Source: Candidatus Shapirobacteria bacterium CG_4_10_14_0_8_um_filter_39_15
GTDB lineage: Bacteria > Patescibacteriota > Microgenomatia > UM-FILTER-39-15
Assembly (NCBI GenBank): GCA_002784465.1
Contig: PFLE01000004.1
Location: 8,494 to 72,493, forward strand
Reading direction: 5' to 3'
Length of the DNA stretch: 64,000 nt
Part shown: in pieces, positions 46,928 through 55,376 of the stretch
Layout: each line of letters opens with the position of its first letter
Numbering within the stretch: the first letter of the stretch is position 1
The notes under the pieces: generated by a model
Seen by the model: only the letters and a program-made list of their open reading frames with translations
Told to the model about the DNA's origin: nothing
Database searches by the model: none
Made by a program: the position numbers and the translations under genes

Positions 46928-47707
46928 ATGGGTAGGAATAGAACGACGAAAGAGAAAGTTGAGGAGTTTTCCAAAGGAGTTTTGGAAACGTCGATGGATA
47001 TGAGTTTGTTTATTGTTGGTTTGGGAATTCAAAGCTATAGTATTAGTTCTGGAAGAACCGATTTTTTCAAGGCGCTGGAAAATTCTGGAGATTTTGTTAA
47101 ATCTGTTAAGAAAAATTATTTACGAAGGGGAGTTTATTCTGCCACTCAAAAAAAGTATTTAGAGAAAAACGAAAATGGTTGGCAGTTAACAAATGAAGGA
47201 CAAATAAGATTAGACGAGATATTGCCTAAATATCATCGCAAACGACTTTGGGATGGAAAAATATATCTTATTACTTATGATGTTCCTGAAAGTAAACGAA
47301 AAGATAGAGATTTATTAAGAGGTTATCTTAAAAGAATTGGTTGCGGTATGTTTCAGGCTTCTGTTTGGTTAACTCCTTACGATCCAGCAGAACAACTCAC
47401 CCGTTTTATAAAAGATTTTCGAATTTCAGGTTTTATCGCTGTATCAAATATTGGGCGCGATGGAAATGTTGGTCGTATGTCTGTAAAGGATTTAGTCCAG
47501 AGTGTATATTGTTTGGATCGTCTAAATGAAAGATACCGATATTTTTTAATCGAAAGCCAGAAACAAAGAATGACGCTGATTGAAACAAATTTCCATTTCC
47601 TCTCAATTCTTAAAGATGACCCGCAACTTCCTTTTTCTTTATTACCTGATGGTTGGTTAGGGGATAAAGCTTTTAATGTTTACAATACTTTAATAGCGGC
47701 CGCATAA
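46928..47707 (+). CDS. PaaX-like winged-helix regulator, paralog 5
   Basis: Core RLWDGKIYLITYDVPESKRKDRDLLRGYLKRIGCGMFQASVWLTPYD and C-terminal DDPQLPFSLLPDGWLGDK. Confidence 0.65.
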   Translation: MGRNRTTKEKVEEFSKGVLETSMDMSLFIVGLGIQSYSISSGRTDFFKALENSGDFVKSVKKNYLRRGVYSATQKKYLEKNENGWQLTNEGQIRLDEILPKYHRKRLWDGKIYLITYDVPESKRKDRDLLRGYLKRIGCGMFQASVWLTPYDPAEQLTRFIKDFRISGFIAVSNIGRDGNVGRMSVKDLVQSVYCLDRLNERYRYFLIESQKQRMTLIETNFHFLSILKDDPQLPFSLLPDGWLGDKAFNVYNTLIAAA

Positions 47708-48000
47708 AAAGTATCGTAATTTTGATTATCGGGTATATAGCGGTTGTAAAAGGTTCCAAAGACTATCTTGTGTACTTATGAGCAGACAAATAAGGATTAC
47801 TGTAAACATTTTGTTGCCGTGGCGATAATATGAGACAAACAAAGACATTTTTCCCTTCCGTCTTCGGATGAAATTAAGAATTTATGTTGAGTGTGTTGAA
47901 AGAGATTTGACATCACTAACTTGTTGTTAGGATTATTTTCCAGGATTTCTTTACAACGGCTATCATTCCTGGTGTGTACGAACGTAAATGATCTTAAAAA

Positions 48001-48780
48001 TTATTCCGTTGGAGTTGGGGTAGCCTTGGGGGATTTTGTCGGAGTTGGTGTTGAATTTGATAAACCCGGGATAATATGAATCCTGGTAGCTGTTAATATT
48101 CCGTTATCGGTTTTTTGAATTCCGATCGCCGTAACCCAATCATTTACACCAATTTTGTCAAAAGTAATTGGGGTTATTTTTCCATTGACCATTTGGGTAA
48201 TAATCGTTGACGTTCCCACCTGAATTTTGATTGCCAGATTTGGGTTGGGTTTGGTAATGGTTACAATCTTAGTGCCTTTCTCGATTTTGGTTATCGGTCC
48301 GGAAAGGGCATTTCTGGTCAGTGACGGTTTGGGGGCAGTTGCCAAAACAATAATTCTTTTTCCGTCGAGGTTGCCGTTTTCCTGCCAAAGCCCTAAAGCA
48401 ATTAGATAGTTGCCAATTTCCAAATCGTTAATTTTAACCGCTTTTTTATTCGTCGTTAGAAAAGCTGTTGAGGAATCGGTTTTAATTCTTTTTTCTCCAT
48501 CAGTTGAATCAAGAATCAAAGTTGCGTTTGTTATATTTTTTAAAGTTCCCCAAAAAGCTTTTTGCTGGCTTTCGGTTGCCAGATTATTAATTCTTTCCTG
48601 AACCTTTTGCTTAATATTTTCCGCCGGGGTCGAAGTAGGGGTTAGGGGAGGAGTAGACGTTACCGCCAGAACTGGCGTCACGAAGAAACTTAAAAACACA
48701 AAACCTAAAATAATTTTGCATTTTGCATTTTGCATTTTGATTTTCGTATTAGATTCCTTCCTTTGAATAAACCAGGCCAA
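48001..48780 (-). CDS. Hypothetical secreted protein with Pro/Thr-rich linkers
   Basis: Signal/TM N-terminus, TPPLTPTSTP and TPTPTKSPKATPTPTE segments, and a beta-rich core. Confidence 0.4.
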   Translation of the reverse strand: MAWFIQRKESNTKIKMQNAKCKIILGFVFLSFFVTPVLAVTSTPPLTPTSTPAENIKQKVQERINNLATESQQKAFWGTLKNITNATLILDSTDGEKRIKTDSSTAFLTTNKKAVKINDLEIGNYLIALGLWQENGNLDGKRIIVLATAPKPSLTRNALSGPITKIEKGTKIVTITKPNPNLAIKIQVGTSTIITQMVNGKITPITFDKIGVNDWVTAIGIQKTDNGILTATRIHIIPGLSNSTPTPTKSPKATPTPTE

Positions 48781-49225
48781 TTTTTTTTGTCACTTGATTA
48801 CCATTTTGGCTATAAACCGTGACGGAAATATCGTTGACTCCGGAAATCAAGCTGACTTCATCGTCAAAATTCCCGGCAGAATCGCTTTGAATAATATCTT
48901 CTCCATTTTCCCAAATGAGCACTACCGGGAGGTTGGGCAAAGTATTGCCGGAAACAACAATCTGATTAGTATTACTGATGCTTTGATTTTCCGGTTTAAT
49001 AATCGTTAAAAAGAAAGGTGATAAGGTTGGCGTTGGGCTGACATTCACTAGCGGTTGAGATTTACTATTGATCTTTGGATTTTTTCCTTTCTGGAGATTC
49101 AGGGCATTGTTGGCGGTCCAAACACCACCCGTGATGACTAACCCTAAAATAAAACTGCCAAGGATTACCACCAAGAGTTCTTTTTTCATCGGTTTGACTA
49201 TAGCTAAAAATAGTTGTCTTGTCAA
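48749..49225 (-). CDS. Hypothetical membrane-anchored or secreted protein
   Basis: N-terminal TM helix followed by a beta-rich extracytoplasmic domain. Confidence 0.35.
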   Translation of the reverse strand: MTRQLFLAIVKPMKKELLVVILGSFILGLVITGGVWTANNALNLQKGKNPKINSKSQPLVNVSPTPTLSPFFLTIIKPENQSISNTNQIVVSGNTLPNLPVVLIWENGEDIIQSDSAGNFDDEVSLISGVNDISVTVYSQNGNQVTKKIGLVYSKEGI

Positions 49226-49253
49226 GGAAAACGTTTTTTGATATGATGCCTGT

Positions 49254-49766
49254 ATGGAAATTGTTTATTATGGTTGTTTATCTTTTCGCATAAAAGGCAA
49301 AAATGTTTCAATCGCGACCGATCTTTTGGGAAAAGTGGAAGTTGAGGATAGTGGTTCTGTTTTTCCGATTCAGCATCCGGGAGAATACGAAATTAAAGGC
49401 GCTTCGATTTTTGGATTTAGCACTTCGGAAAATAATATTTGCTACCTGTTCGAGTTGGAAGGTTTGCGGCTTTTTCATTTAGGTAATATCAAGGGAAAAT
49501 TGACGGATAAGCAATTGGGGGAAATCGGTGAGGTTGATGTTCTTTTTGTTCCGGTTGGTGGAAAAGATACTTTGGTACCAAAAGAAGCGATGGAAGTGAT
49601 TTCCCAAGTCGAACCAAAAATCGTAATTCCGATGAATTTTGACTCGCTGGACGAATTCTTAAAGGAAGAAGGGGATGGCGCGGAAACCTTGCCGAAATTA
49701 ACGATTTCGAAATTGGATTTGCCGATCGAAACAAAAACCGTTATTTTAGAAAGAAAAAGTGGCTGA
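49254..49766 (+). CDS. Hypothetical protein
   Basis: 170 aa with no recognisable motif. Confidence 0.25.
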   Translation: MEIVYYGCLSFRIKGKNVSIATDLLGKVEVEDSGSVFPIQHPGEYEIKGASIFGFSTSENNICYLFELEGLRLFHLGNIKGKLTDKQLGEIGEVDVLFVPVGGKDTLVPKEAMEVISQVEPKIVIPMNFDSLDEFLKEEGDGAETLPKLTISKLDLPIETKTVILERKSG

Positions 49767-52332
49767 AACTCGTATTCCTCCGCATTCAGACGAGGCGGAA
49801 AAATCCGTTCTCGGCGCCTGCCTGATTGATAAAGACGCTATTATTGACGTAGCGGAGTTTTTGCGGCCGGAACATTTTTACAGTGATGCCCACGGGGATA
49901 TTTTTAAAGCGATTTTGAGTTTATACGAAAACCGGTTGCCGGTGGATTTGGTGACCTTGGCAGATAAGCTTCGGAAACAAAAAGATTTAGAGAAAGTCGG
50001 CGGGGCGGCTTATCTTTCTGAACTGGCTTCAATGGTGCCGACGGCGGCCAATGTCGCGCATTACGGACAAATTATTAAAGATTCTTATATCAAGCGGATG
50101 TTAATTTCTTCGGCCGGTAAAATTTCCGAAATGGCTTTCGATGAAGGCAATGAGGCGTCTTTTATTTTAGATAAAGCCGAACAAAATATTTTCAGTTTAT
50201 CCCAATCTCATTTAAAGCAGGTTTTTATCCCGATCAGCGCTGCTTTGGCCGAAAGTTTTGACCGTTTGGACGAATTATACAAAAAGGCTGGCGGATTAAG
50301 AGGGGTGCCGACCGGATTTAAAGATTTGGATAATATGCTGGCCGGATTCCAGCAGTCAAATTTAATCGTTCTGGCGGCTCGTCCGGGTATCGGGAAAACC
50401 GCCCTGGCTTTAAATATGGCCAGACATATTGCCGTTGAAGAAAAAATGACGGTGGGGATGTTTTCCTTGGAAATGAGTAAGGAAGAATTATTAGACCGTT
50501 TGTTGATTACCCAAGCCGATATTGACGCTTGGAAATTGAAGACCGGAAAACTAGATGAAGAAGACTTTACCCGGCTTTCCGATGCCATGGGAATTCTAAA
50601 CGAAGCACCGTTTTTTATTGACGATACACCGGCCATTTCGGTTTTGGAAATGAGAACCAAAGCCAGAAGATTACAGGTGGAACACGATTTAAAATTAATT
50701 ATTATCGATTATATGCAGTTGGTCCGCGGACGAAATTTGGAAAACCGTGTTCAGGAAGTTTCGGAAATTTCTCAAGGCTTAAAAAATTTGGCTAGAGAAT
50801 TAAAAATTCCGGTCATTGCCGTTTCCCAGTTAAATCGGTCGGTTGAAGTCCGCGGGGGAGCCAGACCAAGATTAGCGGATTTGCGGGAAAGCGGCTGTCT
50901 TGTGGGGGAAACGTTAATAATGCGGGTTGATACGGGAGAACTGGTGACAATTAAGCAATTGGCAGAATCTGGAGGAAAAATTCCCGTTTTTGCCATGGAT
51001 AATAATTTGAAACTGAAAGTTTGTCCAATGGTGAAAGCTTTTTCGAGCGGAAAGAAAAAGATTTATCGTTTATCTTTGCGTTCTGGCAGGGAAATAAGAG
51101 CTTCTTCTAATCATAAATTTTATACTTTGTTTGGGTGGACAAGTCTGGACAAACTTAAAATTAACGAAAGGTTAGCTGTTCCGAGAATTATTCCCTTTTT
51201 CCAAAAATTAATTAATTTTTCTGAAGATAAATTAATCCTATTGGCTCATTTTATTGGGGATGGTTGTTATTTAAAAAACCAACCTCTTCATTATACGAGT
51301 GGTAGTCTTGCCAATTTATCGGCAGTGGAAAAAGCGGCCAAGGGTGGTTTTGGATTATCCGGACGAAGAGTAAAACAAGAGAATTGGTATCATATTTACT
51401 TTTCCGGTAATCAAAAAGAGGGTCTCAAAAACCCGATTTCCCAGTGGTTCAAAGAATTGGGGATTTTTAATCAAAGGTCTTACGAAAAAGAGATCCCCAA
51501 AATAATTTTTACTCTTCCTAATTCCCAGCTTTCAATTTTTTTAAGTCATCTTTGGGCAACCGATGGAAATTTTAGCAAAGCATCGGAAGGCGGATATGCG
51601 ATTTATTACGCATCTACCAGTTTTAAATTGGTTAAAGGAGTTCAACATCTTCTTTTAAGATTTGGAATTTTGTCGCAAATTCGCAAGACAAAAAAGGAAG
51701 GTTATCGGGGTGGATTTATCGTTGATATTTCAGGAAAAGTTAATCAATCAGTTTTTCTTAAAATAATTAGTGTTTATGGTCGAGAAAACGAAGGCAAAAA
51801 AGCTTTGGAAAAACTGGAAATTATTAAAGAAAATCCCAACCTTGATGTTATTCCTAAAGAGGTTTGGGAATTAATTGAAAAACAAAGAGAAAAACAGGGA
51901 TTGTCAACCAGAGAGTTTCATCAGAAATTGGACTGGGCATATAGCGGGACACAAAGGCATAAAAATGGAGTTAGTAGAGAAAGATTAAACCACATATTGC
52001 AGGTGTTAGAAAACCAGACGCTTAAGAATTTGGCTAATTCAGATTTATATTGGGATGAAATTCTGAAAATAGAGGAAGAGGGCATAGAGGAAGTTTACGA
52101 TGCGACGGTTGAAAGTTCCCATAACTTTTTGGCTAATGATATTATTGTTCATAATAGTATTGAGCAAGATGCCGACGTGGTGATTTTTCTTTATAAGGAA
52201 GATGAGGATAATCCGGAAAATATTACCGCGGAAATTGCCAAACACCGCAACGGTCCGACTGGTTTTCTAAAATTGAGATTTGTTCCCAACCGAATTTCTT
52301 TCTTCGGAGTGGAAACTAAAAGAAAAGAATAG
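49759..52332 (+). CDS. dnaB: Replicative DNA helicase DnaB containing a 420-aa intein
   Basis: DnaB N-domain, Walker A (ARPGIGKTALALN) and Walker B (LIIIDYMQLV). The conserved RPRLADLRESG / SIEQDADVV element is split by a Cys...His-Asn insertion. Confidence 0.92.
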   Translation: MAETRIPPHSDEAEKSVLGACLIDKDAIIDVAEFLRPEHFYSDAHGDIFKAILSLYENRLPVDLVTLADKLRKQKDLEKVGGAAYLSELASMVPTAANVAHYGQIIKDSYIKRMLISSAGKISEMAFDEGNEASFILDKAEQNIFSLSQSHLKQVFIPISAALAESFDRLDELYKKAGGLRGVPTGFKDLDNMLAGFQQSNLIVLAARPGIGKTALALNMARHIAVEEKMTVGMFSLEMSKEELLDRLLITQADIDAWKLKTGKLDEEDFTRLSDAMGILNEAPFFIDDTPAISVLEMRTKARRLQVEHDLKLIIIDYMQLVRGRNLENRVQEVSEISQGLKNLARELKIPVIAVSQLNRSVEVRGGARPRLADLRESGCLVGETLIMRVDTGELVTIKQLAESGGKIPVFAMDNNLKLKVCPMVKAFSSGKKKIYRLSLRSGREIRASSNHKFYTLFGWTSLDKLKINERLAVPRIIPFFQKLINFSEDKLILLAHFIGDGCYLKNQPLHYTSGSLANLSAVEKAAKGGFGLSGRRVKQENWYHIYFSGNQKEGLKNPISQWFKELGIFNQRSYEKEIPKIIFTLPNSQLSIFLSHLWATDGNFSKASEGGYAIYYASTSFKLVKGVQHLLLRFGILSQIRKTKKEGYRGGFIVDISGKVNQSVFLKIISVYGRENEGKKALEKLEIIKENPNLDVIPKEVWELIEKQREKQGLSTREFHQKLDWAYSGTQRHKNGVSRERLNHILQVLENQTLKNLANSDLYWDEILKIEEEGIEEVYDATVESSHNFLANDIIVHNSIEQDADVVIFLYKEDEDNPENITAEIAKHRNGPTGFLKLRFVPNRISFFGVETKRKE
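50896..52155 (+). mobile_element. DnaB intein with LAGLIDADG homing-endonuclease domain
   Basis: Begins CLVGETLIMRVD at Cys380 and ends IIVHN, followed by +1 Ser. Two LAGLIDADG-like blocks are present (LLAHFIGDGCYL and LSHLWATDGNFS). Removing it restores a DnaB of about 437 aa. Confidence 0.88.
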
Positions 52333-52493
52333 TTAGGGGGTTAGGGTGAGGCAGTTGGTATGGTGAGGAGGTAAAGGTAATGGGGAAGCGGAAAGAGATT
52401 TACCCTGAGCGAATGGTGAGCGTAGTCGAACCAGAGTCGAGGGGAAAAACATGGCCACAGAAGAGCAAGAATAATTTTCTGTGGCCAAGTATG

Positions 52494-52832
52494 TTATTTC
52501 TTAGGTGGACAGCGTTCTGACCAGAAATCAGCCCCTGATTCATATTCATAGACAGAAAGGAATTCGAGACGGGATGGACTATTCGATGTAGGGTAAGCTA
52601 CATAGATTCCTCCGGTTATTGACGGATTAACGCTGATACTTACGTGTGGTGAGCAGTCCCAATCAGGCAGATAGTTCTTTACCGATACGGATGGTTGGGA
52701 TAATTGGTGGAATATCTGATTACTCCTGGTGACCAACATATAAGCCCCTATCAACATGAGTATCACGATGAGTGTCATAATTAAGGCTAAGATCTTTTTT
52801 TCCCAATCTGTCGTAGGTAGAAAACGTTTCAT
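52494..52832 (-). CDS. Hypothetical membrane protein
   Basis: 112 aa with one TM helix. Confidence 0.3.
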   Translation of the reverse strand: MKRFLPTTDWEKKILALIMTLIVILMLIGAYMLVTRSNQIFHQLSQPSVSVKNYLPDWDCSPHVSISVNPSITGGIYVAYPTSNSPSRLEFLSVYEYESGADFWSERCPPKK

Positions 52833-52974
52833 TTAGAACCTCCTTATAATAAAGTGAAAGAACAACGATTTTTGTGATTCTGAGAAGAAGTATACCAGAA
52901 AAGGGCGAGAAGTCAAGAAGGCCCTTCGACTACTCAGGGTAAACAAGAGAGCAGAAAGGAAGAGAATGATTTTG

Positions 52975-53056
52975 TGCCAAAGGGGAGACTCGAACTCCCA
53001 AGCCTTGCGGCACACGATTTTGAGTCGTGCGTGTTTACCAATTTCACCACATTGGC
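52975..53056 (-). tRNA. tRNA-Leu (anticodon CAA), type II with long variable arm
   Basis: Reverse complement is GCCAATG TGGTGAAATTGGTAAACAC GCACGA CTCAAAA TCGTGTG CCGCAAGGC TGGGAG TTCGAGT CTCCC CTTTGGC A. The anticodon loop is CTCAAAA, the T-arm is GGGAG/CTCCC, and there is one mismatch in the acceptor stem. Confidence 0.75.
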
Positions 53057-53118
53057 ATTAAAACAAGTTTATCATCTTCAGCCTTGTTTTTCAAGGCAAA
53101 AATGAATATAATAAAATC

Positions 53119-53682
53119 CTGACGATTTCTGTTAATGAATTAAAAAACGGGGCGACATTTAAATTTGATAACCAGCCGTTTATTGTTTTGAATTATGAAC
53201 ACATAAAGCTTGGCCGCGGTTCGGCGTGGATTAAAGTCAAAATCCGTAATCTTTTGACCGGTTCGGTGACCGAGAAAAGCTTTATTTCCGGAAACCGGGT
53301 TGAACCAATTGAAACCTCTAGAAAGAAATACCAATACTTGTATCACGACAGCACCGGATATGTATTCATGGAACCAAAAACTTTTGAACAGATATCTTTG
53401 GTCTCGCAGGTTCTGGCTGACCAGGTCGGATATCTCAAAGATGGGGTAACCGCGGATATTCTTTTTTTGGATGACAAACCGTTAACAATTGAATTACCTC
53501 AAAAAATGGAATTTTTGGTTAAGGAAGCTGATCCTGGTGTAAAAGGCGATTCCGCCAGCAACTTTTTGAAAGACGCGGTTTTAGATAACGGCTTGAAAGT
53601 CAGGGTTCCGCTTTTTATTGAAGAAGGAGAGAAAATTATTATTAATACGAAAAACGGGGAATATGTGGAACGGGTAAAATAA
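53119..53682 (+). CDS. efp: Elongation factor P (start codon uncertain; probably non-ATG)
   Basis: EF-P homology (ISVNELKNGATFKFDNQPFIVLNYEHIKLGRGSAWIKVKIRNLLTGSV) begins about 20 codons upstream of the TTG at 53188 used by the ORF track. There is no in-frame ATG, so the candidate starts are ATC 53116, CTG 53119 and ATT 53125. Confidence 0.75.
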   Translation: MTISVNELKNGATFKFDNQPFIVLNYEHIKLGRGSAWIKVKIRNLLTGSVTEKSFISGNRVEPIETSRKKYQYLYHDSTGYVFMEPKTFEQISLVSQVLADQVGYLKDGVTADILFLDDKPLTIELPQKMEFLVKEADPGVKGDSASNFLKDAVLDNGLKVRVPLFIEEGEKIIINTKNGEYVERVK

Positions 53683-53686
53683 AACT

Positions 53687-53731
53687 AATTGTTATATTGT
53701 TATATTGTTAGATTGCTATAATGTTAAGATG
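53687..53731. repeat. AT-rich TTGTTATA motif element (downstream of efp)
   Basis: AATTGTTATATTGTTATATTGTTAGATTGCTATAATGTTAAGATG, which includes a TATAAT box. Confidence 0.6.
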
Positions 53732-54224
53732 ATAGGAGCCAGAAGCAGAGAATGACCACGACGACTTGGGTTAAAACTCCCCAGGGAAGATCCAAATTCC
53801 ACTGTAATTTCTTTTGAACATGCATTAATTTGCTTAGATATTTATTTTTAATCCCAAAAAAGAAATAAGGTGATTCAAATAAATCCGGTAGAACGCCAAG
53901 AAAACATCCCAGCAAAACCACCATTGTTTTTTGAACATTCGGTAAAAAATGGGTGGCGATAATTGAGCCGACAATCAGGGAAATAAATGTATCTACCAAA
54001 ATAAATCTTCTTGTACCCGATCGTAAATGGTTTTCGGTTTCCATTTCCTGGGTGATCTGCGGATTCCAATGGGGAAGTAGATCGGCCGCGAAATGGGACA
54101 AAAAAGCTAAAGGTAAAGCTAACCAGGGAGATCCAATTTTGGCGGCGATGGTGGCGCCGACGATCGTGTGAGGTAATAAAAGCATATAGTTAAAAAGTAT
54201 ATTATGATATACTAAACATGTCAA
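53724..54224 (-). CDS. Hypothetical polytopic membrane protein
   Basis: 166 aa with four predicted TM helices. Confidence 0.35.
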   Translation of the reverse strand: MTCLVYHNILFNYMLLLPHTIVGATIAAKIGSPWLALPLAFLSHFAADLLPHWNPQITQEMETENHLRSGTRRFILVDTFISLIVGSIIATHFLPNVQKTMVVLLGCFLGVLPDLFESPYFFFGIKNKYLSKLMHVQKKLQWNLDLPWGVLTQVVVVILCFWLLSS

Positions 54225-54946
54225 TGCTGCCTTATATTTTAGAAATCGATTCTCTAAAAATATCGACCTTTGGTTTTTTTGCCGCTTTAGCCTTTTTTGC
54301 GGCTTCGTTTTTGCTTTGGAAACAGCTTCGGGACGATTATTCGGAAGAAGATATTTTGACTTTTACGATTGATCTTTTCTTAGCAGGAATAATTGGCGCC
54401 CGATTACTATTTGTTTTGGAAAATATTTCCTATTTTGGAATAAATTTTATTCATTGGTTTCTTTGGGGAAAATACCCCGGATTTACTCTTCCGGGAGCGA
54501 TTTTAGGCGCGGCCGCTTTTTGTTATTATTGGGCAAAGAAAAAAAATTGGGATTTATGGTTGACGGCGGATAAAATGGTAATCGTTTTTTTTCTGGTTCA
54601 GGCAATTGGGGGAATCGGATTGGTTTTATCAACCGGTAATCATTTTGATTTAGTTCGCCTTATAATTAGTTTTGTCTTTCTGCCGATCAGTGTTCTCCTT
54701 GCTAAAAATTATCGAAAATTTCTCTGGTATAAAAGCGGCAAGGTTGGTTTTGTTGCCGGATCCAGTTTTGGTTTCTATTTCCTGCTTTTAGGACTACTTG
54801 AATTTCTTAAAACAAATAGTATATACTTAGATCGAATCCTATACTTTCTTTTTTCCTTGATTTGTTTTTATTTGATTTATAAACGGTCGGAGAGAAACTG
54901 GAAGGAGGACTTAACTAATGCTAAAACAAAATTTATTTCCCGCTAA
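54218..54946 (+). CDS. Hypothetical polytopic membrane protein
   Basis: 242 aa with multiple TM helices. Confidence 0.35.
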   Translation: MSMLPYILEIDSLKISTFGFFAALAFFAASFLLWKQLRDDYSEEDILTFTIDLFLAGIIGARLLFVLENISYFGINFIHWFLWGKYPGFTLPGAILGAAAFCYYWAKKKNWDLWLTADKMVIVFFLVQAIGGIGLVLSTGNHFDLVRLIISFVFLPISVLLAKNYRKFLWYKSGKVGFVAGSSFGFYFLLLGLLEFLKTNSIYLDRILYFLFSLICFYLIYKRSERNWKEDLTNAKTKFISR

Positions 54947-55289
54947 TATTTTAAAGCCAATTGCTCGCTTTCTTCATTTGGAAGAAAAAAAGTTGGAGGA
55001 AAGAAAGAAAACTTTTGAAAAAGAAGATCCATTTTCCAATTCCGATCGGGTATCGGATAACGCGGCGATTGATACGGATGCGGCCGAGCAGTTTGATCAC
55101 TCCCGCATGGAGGCGATGAAAAAGGAAATTGATCGGAAATTGATTGGAATTAAAAAGGCATTAGCAATGATTAAAATTGGTAAGTATGGGATTTGTGAAT
55201 CCTGTGGAAAGATGATTGACACCGATCGGTTGATGATTAAGCCGGAAGCGACGTTGTGCGTTAAGTGCGAAAAAGAGAAAGAGAAATAA
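54918..55289 (+). CDS. DksA/TraR-family C4 zinc-finger protein
   Basis: C-terminal CxxC-17-CxxC finger (CESCGKMIDTDRLMIKPEATLCVKC) after a coiled-coil. Confidence 0.75.
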   Translation: MLKQNLFPANILKPIARFLHLEEKKLEERKKTFEKEDPFSNSDRVSDNAAIDTDAAEQFDHSRMEAMKKEIDRKLIGIKKALAMIKIGKYGICESCGKMIDTDRLMIKPEATLCVKCEKEKEK

Positions 55290-55376
55290 AACCATTGTTA
55301 TTTCGAGCGAAGCGAGAAACAAGCTTTGCTTATATTGCTAAAACCGCCAGGAGCGGTTTTTTGATACAATAAATAT

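Noticed and set aside
3874-47707. A CRISPR-Cas locus implied by the Cas2-like core of the five paralogs
   Set aside because: There is no repeat-spacer array, no cas1 and no other cas genes anywhere in the window. The proteins carry wHTH and PaaX_C-like domains, so they are PaaX-like regulators rather than Cas2.
52833-53015. The 60-aa minus-strand ORF
   Set aside because: It overlaps tRNA-Leu (52975..53056) and is therefore almost certainly spurious.
53140-53346. The 68-aa minus-strand ORF
   Set aside because: It is antisense to, and embedded within, the well-supported efp gene.
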